A stretch of DNA of 60,343 bases, the filler included, from Dugesia japonica (lineage: Eukaryota), in assembly GCA_001938525.1 (NCBI GenBank). It is 6 parts of 6 records of this genome, joined end to end, with 100 filler letters (N's around TTAATTAATTAA, not from the genome) between each part and the next. Parts side by side here need not be neighbours in the genome. Positions count along the whole stretch, not along the records: positions 1 to 10,032 come from MQRL01590196.1; positions 10,133 to 20,465 come from MQRL01578712.1; 4 more parts are not named here. The stretch is one strand, 5' to 3'. The translations under genes and the position numbers were made by a program. Positions 1 to 13,240 of the stretch are shown piece after piece; within the stretch, counting starts at the first letter, position 1, and each line of letters begins with the position of its first letter. The notes beneath the pieces were generated by a model, which was not told the origin of the DNA, made no database searches, and saw only the letters and a program-made list of their open reading frames with translations.

Positions 1-149
1 AGATTGATTTCTATTTTCTGAAGATGTAAAATTTACTGAATTCCTTTGGTGCTCAAAATGCGTCTTCCCTTCTGAACGTTGGTTATAATACAGAGGTTTA
101 ATAATCACTTGTGAATATGTTGGTTTTATGACATGACCTTCTCGATGCG

Positions 150-836
150 GAACCAATTTTTCCAAATTCATTGCATATTTTCTTCTTCCATCAACAGAGA
201 TTGATGGGTCTAGGGTAAAGGATTCACGTAGTTTCTCACTATATAATCCTTGCAGAATAAATGCTCTTGAAATTTCTTCAATTGTTAATTTCTTTTGAAA
301 CACATCTGTAACAATTGTTTTAACTTGAATCTCAAAATTTCTGTACTTCTCGTCTGTTCTCTGTTTTATTGAAGACAATTCCTTTTACTTTTTTACAAAT
401 AAATTTTGTTTTGATCGAAGCCTTATCTTAGTTTTATGAAATCTCAAATCCAATCAATAAGTCCAACAATTATTCTCACAATAATTGTAATTATAGAAGT
501 TTTATTAGTAAAGGTTTCCCTAAACCATTTTTCGACCTCCTCATTAGTAACAGAATCATTTGAACAGGTAAATTCTTCCTATAACTGTTTCGCATCACCT
601 CTTAGGAGCATATCTAACGCAAAAGCAAATTCAATTTGATTGAATGTCGCAAAATCTTTCGTTGTGTGCATCCAATCTTCAGCATTTTGGCTAAGACCAT
701 CAAAGAAACTTGGTTTCGAAATCAACATTTCTTGGGTTTTTTGAGGCAAATTAGAAAGAATCTTTTGCCTTTCTTCGCGTTTCGCTCTTGTTAACACATT
801 AATTTCGGCGTGGTTGCCAGTAAAAATATTTGCCAT
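150..836 (-). mobile_element. Degenerate Ty3/gypsy-type gag remnant, interrupted at ~400-490 by a short repeat insertion
   Basis: ORF 579..881 has KPSFFDGLSQNAEDWM...ALDMLLRGDAKQL, a retrotransposon gag pattern (F.G...W...L.G.A). Translation continues past a stop and the insertion as KELSSIKQRTDEKYRKF...FILQGLYSEKLRE. Confidence 0.6.
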
Positions 837-1699
837 TAATATTAAGGATTTATTTAAGAATATATATTTTGTATTATTCAAACAAAATTGACTGTTTAAA
901 TAATCACTATTTTNTAACTATAAATAAAAATATAGAATAAAACAGATGAAATAAATAAATGAAGCTGTTAATTAACAGATAAAAAAATTTCCATGTCAAT
1001 TTTAAAACATTTCTATATTAAAAATTGATCTAATTCTTATCAATTAATCAAATATAGATAAATGTCTCTGGAGATAGTCTCATAGTCAATAATACTCAAT
1101 GACTTCTGCTCAATTAGATTTATCGATATTATAGAATTNAACTTCATTCATTTTAAATATTCTCAAATAATGAGAAATGAACAAATTATTATGTATATAA
1201 TTTTAAACTGAATTTATGAAAATAAGGAGAAATAATAAGAATAATAATAAATTTTATTCCAAAGCAATTGTTTTATCGAATTATATCTTTATTTATAAAT
1301 CAATATTGATATAATAATAGATTAAGATGTTTATTGATTTTTCAAAATGCTTTTTTATTACTTTAAAATATTGAATATTGTTCCCAAATTAAATAGCATT
1401 AAAAACAATTGTTTTGGATTTATTTAATATTCTAATTTGCATTCTTTATTGTAATAATAATTATTATCATCATTAATATTGGTAGTTTATAAAATGATAC
1501 TGTGTCCTCCTTTTTGAACTTTGATTTTGGATCAAGTCGCTTTGCCATATTTGACAAAAAGATAATATTCTATTATAACAATAGTTAGATGAAATATAGT
1601 AACATACAAACTAATAATTATGGATGGAGACCAATCAGTAGTTATTCGCATGAAAGCTAAATACATATAACGGATAACTGATTCAAACAAATAAATCTT

Positions 1700-2050
1700 A
1701 TAATTTAATCTGTTTATTCAAAAAAATCTTGTTTTTTTCTCTGCTATGATTTTTTAACATATGAAAATTATACTAGAGAAAATATTCGAGACTAAATCAT
1801 TGTATTATATTCCGTTTATTTAATTTAATATTCCGTTTATTAACGAATTGAATTCTTGTGAAATATAAATCACGTTATAGTTATTTTGTCTTCCTCTAGT
1901 AAATAAAATTTTTGAATTTCTTCATTTTATTCATTAATCACATCGTCAAATAATATTAAGTTCTTTTACATTTTAAATAACAAATCACAATAAATAGCAT
2001 TATCTGTAGTTTCTGATAAGATAACATTGACAGATTGTTCTTTCATAGGT
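1700..2050 (-). pseudogene. Polinton/Maverick-type A32-like packaging ATPase remnant
   Basis: Manual minus-strand translation gives KNLILFDDVINE*NEEIQK(frameshift)LFTRGRQNNYNVIYISQEF: Walker B (hhhhDD), the arginine-finger RGR motif and the downstream I.ISQ motif of A32-like ATPases. Walker A is not visible. Confidence 0.65.
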
Positions 2051-2074
2051 TAACTCAATAAACTAATTCATTTA

Positions 2075-2175
2075 AAATAAAAGCTTCGATCCAAAATTTT
2101 TTTTTATTACTTTTTGAGATTGATTTGATATTTCGACTTTGTCTACGTCCAACAATTATTCTCGCTATAATTGCA
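2075..2175 (-). repeat. Copy of a dispersed Penelope-associated repeat with the 3' half of a hammerhead motif
   Basis: Shares AAAGCTTCGAT.CAAAA and CAACAATTATTCTCGC with the copies at ~400-490, 23850-24075, 24525-24635 and 39440-39580. The minus strand reads AGACAAAGTC-GAAA-TATC. Confidence 0.6.
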
Positions 2176-2939
2176 AATGTAAATCAATAAACCAATCAAT
2201 ATGTGGTCTCAATAACTAACGTTTGTCAGGAACAATGCCTTGTTTTTCATAAAAAAAATAAAATGTCTTCTTTACTTAAATTTCTTTCAAATCCTTTATA
2301 ATTAAATTAGCATATGTAAAAACTCAGCGAAAATCATTTTCATAAATAAAATATTTCCCTTATCCAGATAATTCTTCCATAAATTTCCTGAAAATATATG
2401 GAAATATCTTTTTTTCTAAACATTGATTTAATCTTTTCAAACAAGTAAAGCAGCCATTTTATACAAAATACTAGATTGAACAATGAAAACTGAGTGTTTT
2501 TGCTGTAATAACTTAAATTAAATATAACCGAATTTAGTTTGAATTACGCGATTTTTCATATCATTTTTAATTTGTTTGAATTTAGTAATTTCCAATTTAT
2601 TCAAATGTTTTTAGATTTTCTTTTTAATTAAATTTTTATTTATTTTCATGTCTTTATTAATTTACCTTATCCATAAAACAATGAAAACCACAAATGAAAA
2701 TAGAAAATTGATGATCGATGCATATGTAAAAGGTAATACCAAAATACAAATAACATCAATGTTTGATGTTAAAATCAGACCATCTGCGCAATTCCGGAAA
2801 TTTATGAAAGAGAAGGAAGACACGAAAAGGTGAAGAGGCGGTGCNNNNNNNNNNNNNNNNNNNNNNNNNNNNNNNNNNNNNNNNNNNNNNNNNNTTGATG
2901 ATGATTATGGTCTAACGCTGAAGACTATTAGAAAAACAT

Positions 2940-3125
2940 GAAAATCAATAGACGAATTCCAGTTTGTTAGACATGCCAAAAACCAAGGCATATAAGCAAG
3001 ATTGCCAAATAAAAAGAAGAATATAGTGCTATGCTTGCGGGGCATAGGGACATATGTGCAGAAAATGTTCAACAATTAACTGCGGAAGATGTCTTTTGCG
3101 ATGACCTAAAACAACTTATTTATGT
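2940..3125 (+). mobile_element. Gag zinc-knuckle fragment of an LTR retrotransposon
   Basis: CYACGA*GHMCRKC (CCHC knuckle). Near-identical sequence recurs at 5943-6025, downstream of the gag at 5084-5860. Confidence 0.6.
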
Positions 3126-3257
3126 TAGTGTTATATTAGTGTTAGTGATAAGTTAGAAATAAAAATTATTCTAAACACTAGGAATATATCTTGATTCGTT
3201 TCATATTCCCTTAAATGATTCAAATTTATTCTCGAAATAAGAAACAATGCAAAAACT

Positions 3258-3870
3258 ATGGAGGCTGCATATAAATATGAAACACGAACTCAAACCAGGC
3301 TTCAGTATACCGTCTCTATTAGAAGAAGCGCGCTGTGGAAAATTGTGGAATCCGATTTATCTCTTTATACATGTCAATTGACGGGTAGACTTAACTTTTC
3401 AAAATCAGAAATCTTTACCTATCGTTACACAATCGATTTAAAATTCTATTATGGATCCTTATGAGCTGATGGAAAATCAGACAAGCAAACACATCAATTT
3501 TTTAAAATGCTATTGATTAACTCATTGAATAAATTGTTTTTTAAAATGATTGTTGTAATGGACGAGAAGTGGGTATTGTTAAACAATCCTACCAAAAATT
3601 AGCAATGGCTATTCCAAGATGAATTACCTGTTTCTTATCTTAAAGTCCATAGATTTGAAAGAAAGGTAACGAATTACGTTTTTTGAATAATGTTGACGTC
3701 TCATTTTTTAAGCTTCTGTCAAACCATAAACTCTGATATATACTCAACACAGTTAAAAAGACTTCAAGAGTTATGAAGTACAGAATATTCTTATTTAATC
3801 AAGCAGAAGATAGTTTCGTTACAAATGGACAGTGCTAGGTAAAATGTCTCACAGAAATCAACGGAAACTA
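3258..3870 (+). mobile_element. Degenerate mariner transposase
   Basis: IVVMDEKWVL (first D of the DD34D triad) at ~3550 and QMDSAR (HDNAR-like) at ~3825; many stops. Confidence 0.7.
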
Positions 3871-4784
3871 TAAACAGCAATTGATAAAATTCATTTCACT
3901 CATTAAAAAATATCGGATTCAAAAAGTTACATTACTAGTGTTAGATAAATCTTCTTAAGATAATTGATTTTCATAATCACAACAATTAATTAATATTGTC
4001 AATTTAAAACTTAAAATTTATTTAATAAAACAACGTGAAATAGAAACTAGTCATAAATAAAAATAATTAATCTTAATTCTCATTGGTTGAAATTATTTCC
4101 TTAACAATTAAATTAAATTATAATACATATTGCTGACAACTTAATCCATAAAAATTCAATTCAATATAGCCGTAATCTGCATTTATTTCAATAAGCTTTA
4201 GAAAGTGACTTGATTACTGATGAATAAAACAGACAATGTCACAAATGCTTTCTTGAGCTTTACTGATGAATAAATTAGGGGATTATTGGCATTACTATGA
4301 AATAGTAATTATAAAATTAAGAGATGTTAATTATTAAGTATTAATAAATAATAATTTTAATATAAGAACCTTTATTTAAAGATCTAGAATGCATTATCAC
4401 AATTTGAGAATTAATGTTGTTAACAAAAGCATTACATGGGATTAGTTTTATGCATGCAAATGAAAAGTGAAAGAGAATTCACAGATTAACGTTTACTGAA
4501 TGAAAAAATAAAAGTTTTCTATTTGATTTCAAATTAATAATTCTGAATTTTAATATAATAATCAGNNNNNNNNNNNNNNNNNNNNNNNNNNNNNNNNNNN
4601 NNNNNNNNNNNNNNNNNNNNNNNNNNNNNNNNNNNNNNNNNNNNNNNNNNNNNTTTTCTGCATCAGAAAATTTTTAAGATAATTTTTAAGAACAGATCTT
4701 TGATAAATCATTAAATTATTTAGACCTTGTTATTGTATCACTTTTATAAATATACAGAATTTTATTATATTTAATTAATTACCG

Positions 4785-6030
4785 TGTAGCAGTGGGGAAG
4801 TATGAGTTTTATAGTTGTGCGAGCTGTCAAACTATAAAGAATATTGGTTTTAAGAACGCGATATGAGAGGGGTCCGAGTAAAAACTTTATTTCGAAAAGT
4901 ATATGTTAGGAGTTTTAAAAGAAATTACTATTTGTAATTATTAAAGATCATTATTTTTTAAATAATTTTATATTGTTTATTATAGCCAGTAAATTTTGTC
5001 AACATTAAAATAATCTAACCTTGAAAATATTTGTTTTAATATTCTGAATTAGAATATTAATGTAATTATTGGTATAAATAAATTTGGAAGAAGTTATTTC
5101 AATTGTTTTCATGTATCACTTTATTGAAAACGAACCTAATAATTTAGCGATCACTACCACGGATTTATTAGTTNNNNNNNNNNNNNNGGAAAGATTCAAC
5201 AGAGGGGATAACCTAAAAGAATGCATTACAGATTGCCAAAGATTTTTCTGTGTCACCAATAAATCTGAAATGCAGAAAATGTTGGTTACTACCTTGTTGG
5301 ATAAAGCATTATTGGTGAAATATGAAACCGCAGAAGGAAAATATTTTGAAAAAAAAACATGAGAAATGCCTTCCAAAAACCAAGCTCGTTAATAGAAAAT
5401 TTGAAAGAAGCCTTAAGTTATGAGTGTTAAGTAAATCTTCAATTGGTAATTCATTTTCCAAATCAAAACTAATATTTTGAGACATCATTTATTTTACAAC
5501 TACCACTCTGCTATTTGGAAATAATTATAATTGAAAAGAACTGATTGAAACTTATTACCGAATTAACTCACTTTCTATTGGCTAAAAATAATAAATAATA
5601 ATTATTTCCGTATAATAAGCAAGGCAACGATTCAGCCAAAATACTCATCGATAAAATCAAAGCATTGACAAAAAATGAAAAAATCATAAATAAGACGGAG
5701 AAGAAATAGAAAATGCTTATTAATGCATTGTGTTGGAGATAACAATGTAAAAAAAGAAATAGAAATGCAAGAATTAAGAACATCAGAACAAATCAGATCA
5801 ACAATTAAAAAAGTGGAAAAAGTAAATAAAGCAATTGGTCACATCAATTTTCTCAGAACCTCAANNNNNNNNNNNNNNNNNNNNNNNNNNNNNNNNNNNN
5901 NNNNNNNNNNNNNNNNNNNNNNNNNNNNNNNNNNNNNNNNNNCATAGGGACATATGTGCAGAAAATGTCCAAAAATTCACTGCGGAAGATGTCTTTTGCG
6001 GTGATCTAAAACAACTTATTTATATTGGGT
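4785..6030 (+). mobile_element. Ty3/gypsy LTR-gag remnant
   Basis: Putative LTR starting TGTAGC at 4785. Gag-like ERFNRGDNLKECITDCQRFF; zinc-knuckle tail (GHMCRKC) at ~5945. Confidence 0.55.
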
Positions 6031-6279
6031 TATTCAGAAAGTTTGTAACGAATTTTAGTATGTGCTACTAAAATAGGTTTAAATGCATAGGAAGAGTGAA
6101 GTTAAGTCACATATATTTTAAAAGATAATTGGAATATGCGAATTAATAAAGATAAACTGATTTGTTTAAATAATGCTCAAAAGTATTACCCAAATTTAAA
6201 TATGAAATAAAATAAAATTCATTACAGTAACCTGATACTTTTCTTCTAGCAAAAAGGCAAAAATGTCACATAAAGAAAA

Positions 6280-7060
6280 AACAAGGCAAATATACTTTAT
6301 TTGAGTGAATTGTTCGGAAGTAGTTTAAAGATGATGATTTTAATCTAGACAATCAGAAACGTATAGGTATACCACGCATCACTGATAATAATCAGATCAA
6401 AATACTTGTCAAGAATAATCCACACACTATGACACTTGAATTACCAGAAATGTAAAATATACCGAGAATCACCATAAATGAGCATTTATTAAAGCTTGGA
6501 AACATTAACTGTTGATATATATAAATTCCACACTATTTAAGTGAAAAGAATTTTATTGGTTGTCATCAAAATTTGCTACTCGTTCTATAAATGCAACGAA
6601 ACGACACTATATTTGAAGCAAATCGTAACATAAGATCAGACTGGATTATTTATAGTAATGTTCAGCGGAAAATATCTTGAGGAATACGAAAAGGATTACC
6701 ATTAATAACCCAAAAAGTCGGTCTTTATTCAAAACAAGTTGTGCTTTGTGGCAAAGAATTNNNNNNNNNNNNNNNNNNNNNNNNNNNNNNNNNNNNNNNN
6801 NNNNNNNNNNNNNNNNNNNNNNNNNNNNNNNNNNNNNNNNNNNNNNNNNNNNNNNNNNNNNNAAAGGGTGTTGTGTTTCACCAGAACAATGCACACCCTA
6901 ATGTGTCTTTAGTTACTAAAAATGTGTGTTTGAGCTTAGTTTGTAAGTGTTAACCCTTTTGTCTTATACACCAGACAATGTATTTATAGATTTCCACTTT
7001 GGTTGACATAAAAAAAATCGTTTTAATAATTTTTTCTCCAAAAAAGCTGATAAATTCTGA
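6280..7060 (+). mobile_element. Degenerate mariner transposase
   Basis: HTH-region FKDDDFNLDN..R.G.P, then GVVFHQNNAHP (second catalytic motif) and a YTPD-like motif. Confidence 0.7.
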
Positions 7061-7549
7061 AGAATAAATTTTTTCAATAAAATCTTTAATCACTTAACTG
7101 ATGGATTTTTAAATTTTTTCTGCAATGAAAATGACTGCTGATTTTATTATTTGATTCTATTCATTTGCCGACATAGCTTTTTCTGAAGGAAGCAAACAGG
7201 AAAACACAAGCTAATTAGAAGAGGAGCGTAAAAGATTAAGATACCAGTACTATGCTTGGGAAAGTCAATTTGGGGAAGACGCGGAGGCCCGTGTCTGATA
7301 CTGGCATGTTAGGTAAGCGGTTAAGTTGCGTGAAAGATGGGGAAAGATTGTAGAACAAAATAACAATTATGTAATGTAATAAATGTATTTTGAAATTTAA
7401 ATGTTACTTTAAAATTTTCATTAAAAATCGGCACGAATATACTGGACAACTCAATATATTAATTCATTTCTTCGTTAATAAGTTAATACTCGAAGAATAA
7501 AATAGGTTCGAATACGTTAGTGTTAAACCTGGTATTATAGACCTTACTT

Positions 7550-8790
7550 GTATTGGTATCGATGTGACTAGCATCTTCATAGGTGAGCAAGTTAAGACAG
7601 CAGGCATGACTTATAAAATTATCTATTATTATACTTTACATTTGCTTTATGTAAAGCAAATATTCATAAAGAATATTGCTATAAAAGTTAAACATGACTC
7701 CTAGACTGTTCCCTTATTAATTAGTTAAATCAAAATTTCTTGACAACCAATTACTCTGAAATATTTAATAAGAAATTAAAAACTAATTTCTCAGTCCACC
7801 ACAGAAATGTTTAAATCTTGTTGAGAAAATTAATAGCATGATTGATGATACTTATTTCGAGCTCATGGTGATACAGAACAATCTTGCAACTACACACCAA
7901 ACTCTGATGAAGTGATGATAAAAAAATGATGATGAAAAAACATTTTCAAAAACGAATTTACGCTTCACAAGTTTGTATGCAGTAATTTAGGTATGGTTGA
8001 GATAAAACCACAAATCGAAGCAATTTTTACTGAAACTAACTCTATGATCATATCTTTACTAGTGATAACTTGCTTAATCCTAATAAGTTAAAAATTTTGA
8101 AACCACAAATGATTCTACGGAGCTCCACAGATTCTTTGGATATGATGATTTGATAGTTTCTTTTTGAAACATGCCAAGAAATTCTGGCATTAAACATAGG
8201 TAGTACGTTGTCTGTTTTAACCCAATACACTGGTTATATACATCAAAGCTGTCTGTTTCAAATATTTAAAATCTTTGGTTGAAAAACCAACCGAAGATAA
8301 GATAAGCACTACCTTTCTTGTCAAATGTGTATATCAGTTGTTTCTCGATTTGATATAAACTTTTAAATGTGTTAATTGTCTTAGAAGTAAAATCTTTTAA
8401 GGTTCAGGTTCATTTAATGTTAATTCATAATATTTATTCATAAATATTTGTAGGCAAACTTCTTTAAANNNNNNNNNNNNNNNNNNNNNNNNNNNNNNNN
8501 NNNNNNNNNNNNNNNNNNNNNNNNNNTACAAGATTAGTTTTTCAATTTTGACTTCATATCACAAATGTTAAATTAATGCTGTATCCAAAAAATGAGACAG
8601 GAAAACTTTAGTTACAAAGAGTAAATCATTGTAAAATGTCTGCAAAACATTTTCAAATTATTTATACTAAACTGATTTACAATAAATATTAAGTTTAACA
8701 ATATGACTGCTCTTGAATTCTTGTACACAGATGACAGAAAGTCTCTCCAATGTATGTGGCATTACAACCGTAACATTTATATGTACGCAT
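7550..8790 (-). mobile_element. Degenerate Penelope-like element fragments (GIY-YIG endonuclease, probable RT remnants)
   Basis: 8790-8705 translates as TYKCYGCNATYIGETFCHLCTRIQEQ (GIY-YIG). Weaker RT-like pieces lie at 7600-8350. Confidence 0.55.
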
Positions 8791-8939
8791 TGCTATAAAA
8801 ATAACACTTTTTATATTGAAAGTAACTGTAGCATAATGAATTTTATGTTAAAAGTTTTTATTCAGTATTAAATACAATGTTACACAGTATAAATTGTATA
8901 AAATTTAATATTTTGTCTTTTCTCCAGAATTCTTCTGAG

Positions 8940-9290
8940 CATCAACTGAAACAATGTCTTGATATATTTCAGTGTGAGTCTATCCCAAACATTATCAATA
9001 ATTCTTTTCAAATCAATCACATTTCTTGAATCTTTTGCATGCTACTTCTATTTTCATTAGTCCCCAAACATTTTCATTTGAGTTCAGATCTAGTGAGTTT
9101 GATGGCCACGGTGTAACGCTTATGATATTTGAGACTATCCAATTTCTTGTCGACTTCGAATTATGAGGGCTTGCGCTATCCTGCATAAAAATAAAGTTTG
9201 GTGAAAGTTTCCTAATGCTTGGCAGAGTTTTCTCAAGTATTTCTTGACACTTGTTGGAGTCAACCTTTTCTCGAATTTTTACCAAAATAA
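8940..9290 (-). mobile_element. Tc1-family transposase C-terminal fragment
   Basis: FMQDSASPHNSK...WPSNSLDLNSNENVWGLMK, matching the DD34E consensus QDNAP.H...WP.SPDLNPIEN.W. Confidence 0.85.
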
Positions 9291-10076
9291 ATTTCCCTTT
9301 GTTGCTTATTCTCTAGTGTTATTTTCTTTATAGCAATGTGTATAAATAATATCAGAAAACAAATAAATTAATGTTACTAAACATATTTATAAATTTATAA
9401 GACTGTAAAACAACTTTAAAATTCAAAGAATCATTTCTTTATTTTAACAACCCACTCTAAAATTGTTAAAATACTTCTGAATACGAAATAGCTAATGTNN
9501 NNNNNNNNNNNNNNNNNNNNNNNNNNNNNNNNNNNNNNNNNNNNNNNNATTATTGTCATTATTATTAACATCTTTAATTTCATTATTATTATCTTTACAT
9601 ACGATCATATCAACTGTTTTATGATTTAATTTCTCCACAACTGATTTAAAATAACCATTTTTCGCTAGTAAAGACTTCAAATATGAAGAGGAAAGAATCC
9701 ATAATCTATACAAACATCCTTTATTCATGTTGTACTTGTAANNNNNNNNNNNNNNNNNNNNNNNNNNNNNNNNNNNNNNNNNNNNNNNNNATTTGTGATA
9801 AATCTGTTTCATAATGTTTGAATTTTCTTACAATTCATGTCAAGGAAAAAAAGTTAAGATTTGCGTGTCATTTCTGAAGTGAATCCAATGTTGCTAACGA
9901 ATTCATATAGTTTAGGAATGTGTCAATATTTATTGATTATTTAAAATCAGAAAGATATATTCACATACCGTTTATATATTAATGGTTTATTTCCAGTAAA
10001 CTAATCAATCCTTTCTTCAATATTCGAAAGAANNNNNNNNNNNNNNNNNNNNNNNNNNNNNNNNNNNNNNNNNNNN

Positions 10077-10088
10077 TTAATTAATTAA
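10077..10088. other. Artificial contig-concatenation linker (also at 20510-20521, 32111-32122, 42611-42622, 51327-51338)
   Basis: An identical TTAATTAATTAA (stops in all six frames) is flanked on both sides by ~44 Ns, five times. Confidence 0.95.
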
Positions 10089-10132
10089 NNNNNNNNNNNN
10101 NNNNNNNNNNNNNNNNNNNNNNNNNNNNNNNN

Positions 10133-10925
10133 GGTGCATGTTATTTTATAAGTGACATTTTTCTTATTGCATATATTTCTACCATCACAAATGCATTTGG
10201 GACCTTGGTTTCTGTATTTGGATGCCCAAAGGTGCTTGCGTTTTGAAAATATTTCTTGGATTGTGTTTGAATTTAGCATTTTTTAGTATATTCTGCATGA
10301 TTTGACTACATTTCTCATTAATAAAAGGTAATTTAATAACAGTGTTGGTTTTTGGTTTGATTTTATTTTGTTTTGAATTTCAAGATAAATATTTCGATAT
10401 AATTTAATTTGGATAGCCATTATAAAAAAATTTATTTTTTTATCATCGACATTGTAAGTGATTTCTTTGAAAGATATAAACAACGTAGAGATATTCCAGA
10501 AAATACTAAAAAATGATTTCAAATGTCTTATCAATTTGTGTATGTTCTCTGACAGCATTTTTATCGGTGAACAACTTTTTAAACAAAAAGGTGGTCTTGC
10601 AATGTGTAACAATTTGTTTCCAATTCTAGCGATAATTTTCATGCCCAATGCATTTGTGATGGTAGAAGTATATGAAGTTATAAAAAAACTTACAAAATAA
10701 CATGCACCTTATGAAAGGAGACATATATAGAATAAACATGCAGAACCATCCGTACAAGAATTAAGGAACATCACAAACAGAAAGTTACGTTTACGAATAC
10801 AGACATAATATTTTACTAGAAAAACATCATGGAAAACATTAGGAACATCCGACATTAATGCACTTTGCAGAAAGAAACATGAACAAATCTTTATCAAAGA
10901 GGAAAAACCTAAGATCAGTAATTAT
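10133..10925. mobile_element. Penelope-like element fragments in inverted arrangement (EN on minus; RT and EN on plus)
   Basis: Minus 10133-10280: CICDGRNICNKKNVTYKITCT. Plus 10458-10625: LINLCM...FKQKGGLAMCNNLFPILAIIFM (PLE RT GLAMG motif). Plus 10645-10920 is a GIY-YIG segment homologous to 41690-42030. Confidence 0.75.
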
Positions 10926-12174
10926 AATAATTAAAAAAATTATTATTATTATTAGTATTATTATTCAAAACCTCACAACTCTCTATAAAATTTTATTTAT
11001 TATTACAAGTGTTTTTGATTAAAATAAAAAAGATGAATAATTCATAGTATTCAAAAATATCGATTTTAATTTTATGAAATATTTTATTTTGTTTCAAAAA
11101 CAATTTTAATTATATATAAAAAACTTTAAAATCTCTCAGATATTTAAATCTATGAATGATTCTTATAAATATCATTAAATTAAATTTTAAAAAACGAAAT
11201 ATTAAAAATTCTAACATAAAAAAAGAAATAACTTTTAAATGTTTAATAAAATTTAATTTTAAAAAATATAATTTAAATGTATTGATTTTAATTATAACCA
11301 TTAAATATATAAAGAAAATAAAAATTTAAATAACTTTTTGTCTCACAAAATAAATAGGTCGGAGAAATGAAAAATTTATTAAAATCAAAATAAACCGTTT
11401 TTTTATTATCCGTAGGTTAGTAAATATTATTAACATATCTTAAGTATCGTAAGAATCTTAATAAAATGTTTCATTGGTTAATTAATAATTGTAATTTCAA
11501 ATTTAAAAAAAAAATTTCAGCTAAAAACTTTTTATATCTATGTACTCGAGGTGGTCCGTGTAAATCATAAAATAAGATTACATAATAAAACGATGTCATA
11601 ATAATAAAACCCCTTAGCACGTCAGTGAAAACATATTGCCGCTTATAGTCAACTAATCTAAAAATGATTTTATCGTAATATAAATACATTCTCAGCTAAA
11701 ATATAAAAAATGGTTTACCTACAATTTGTTAAATGAAAATCGTAGAATATTCAACATAGATTGAGGTAGAAATTAAAGAAATATTCCACAAATATATCAA
11801 ACAAATTGTCAAATTAATTATTGACAAAATCAATCAAATATTTTCAGGCGTAAAGTATAACTTTTCCTATAAATCTGGCAACATGACAAGATGGTAAATT
11901 TGATAATATTTTATTATTATATTATATTATGAAATATTATTATTACGGTTAGTTTTTTATGTAATTTAAAATAAAGCAAAACGGAGTTGTTTTAATATTA
12001 TAATGAGAAGGCAGATTTAAATAGGCGTGCGCATTTTAAAAATATTAAATTGTATTGTTTTAAAACGAGTTATAAACATTTTGGAAATGAATTAATAGTT
12101 AGTTGATTTTTATCATGTATTTCAATCTGGTATTTCAAGATGGTAAAATCAGTTTAAATTAAAATAATAAATAA

Positions 12175-12480
12175 TTAGAATCAATCTATTTGGATATTGT
12201 TTCCCCGTAACTATTTCCTTTTGTTTCAATGGTTCATGATAAACGATACCTTCCATAATCCACTATACACAAAGCATCACTTTCTAATCATAAATATTGC
12301 ACTAATGCCTGTCCTGGATGCCATGATTTTTTTCGTTTAGGATTGTAAAAGTAAAATCCTCTCACCGCTCGTGACAATTCACCGCAAAAATTCGCGTGGA
12401 CCCATTTCCTTCTTTTTCAATTTTTCTTAGGGTGGAAATTGTTGGTTTGTAGAAAAAGCACAACGCACGGTAGTAACATT
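12175..12480 (-). mobile_element. Degenerate mariner transposase fragment
   Basis: FLR*IVTSGE...FYNPKRKKSW.PGQ...KVMLCV*W..EGIVYHE.L, the mariner consensus region around the first Asp. Confidence 0.75.
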
Positions 12481-13240
12481 ATTAAAGCAAAAAAAAATTC
12501 GTAGCAGGAGCTATAATTAAAACTAGAATAAGAATGAATGAAATAAATTAGAACGAGCAAAAGAAAGATCACCAGAATACAAAAACTTCGAGCCAACCGT
12601 AAACAGAAAAAACAAGAATTTAACATATATTACATAAGCCAAAAAGAGAATTGGAAAAAATTCAATCGCTCAATCAGTTGAAAAACTTCATAAATATAAT
12701 AAAACAAAATAATAACAAAATAAATAAAGTAAAATTATAAAATTCAGTAAACAAAGATTAAGGTTTAGATATTTATCAGTGTTAATGCACTCGTTTAGCA
12801 ATGAAAGAACTTATATAGTAACAAAATATTTAAATTTAGTAAAAAACCAAATAAATGATTTGATAAAAATAAATTACAATTAAAACAGAATCATTAAAAA
12901 ATGTAAGATATTGGAATTATACACAAAATTAACACCTGGACATTTCTAGTTAAATCAATCTTTGCAGAAAGATTAATTTGAACTTTCAAAAGTAAAACTA
13001 GAATCTAAATTTTGAATGTTGATTTAGTATCACAATAAATATGACTCTAGAGAATTCGAATCATATTTTAAATTAAAAAAAATTTAACCATAAAATTGAA
13101 GTCGAAGAAATCCAAATTGGAAATTGGATATTATGTTTGATTAATAAATACAACCAAGAGAACTTTTACAAAAGAATATATTGAAAAATTGTCTCGTAAA
13201 GTTTATTTAGTATAATTTAACATAAAAATTATTTGAATTA

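Noticed and set aside
12360-12410. GC-rich segment with an AATTTTTG Sm-like site on the minus strand (possible snRNA)
   Set aside because: It translates as mariner transposase (IVTSGE...NPKRKKSW).
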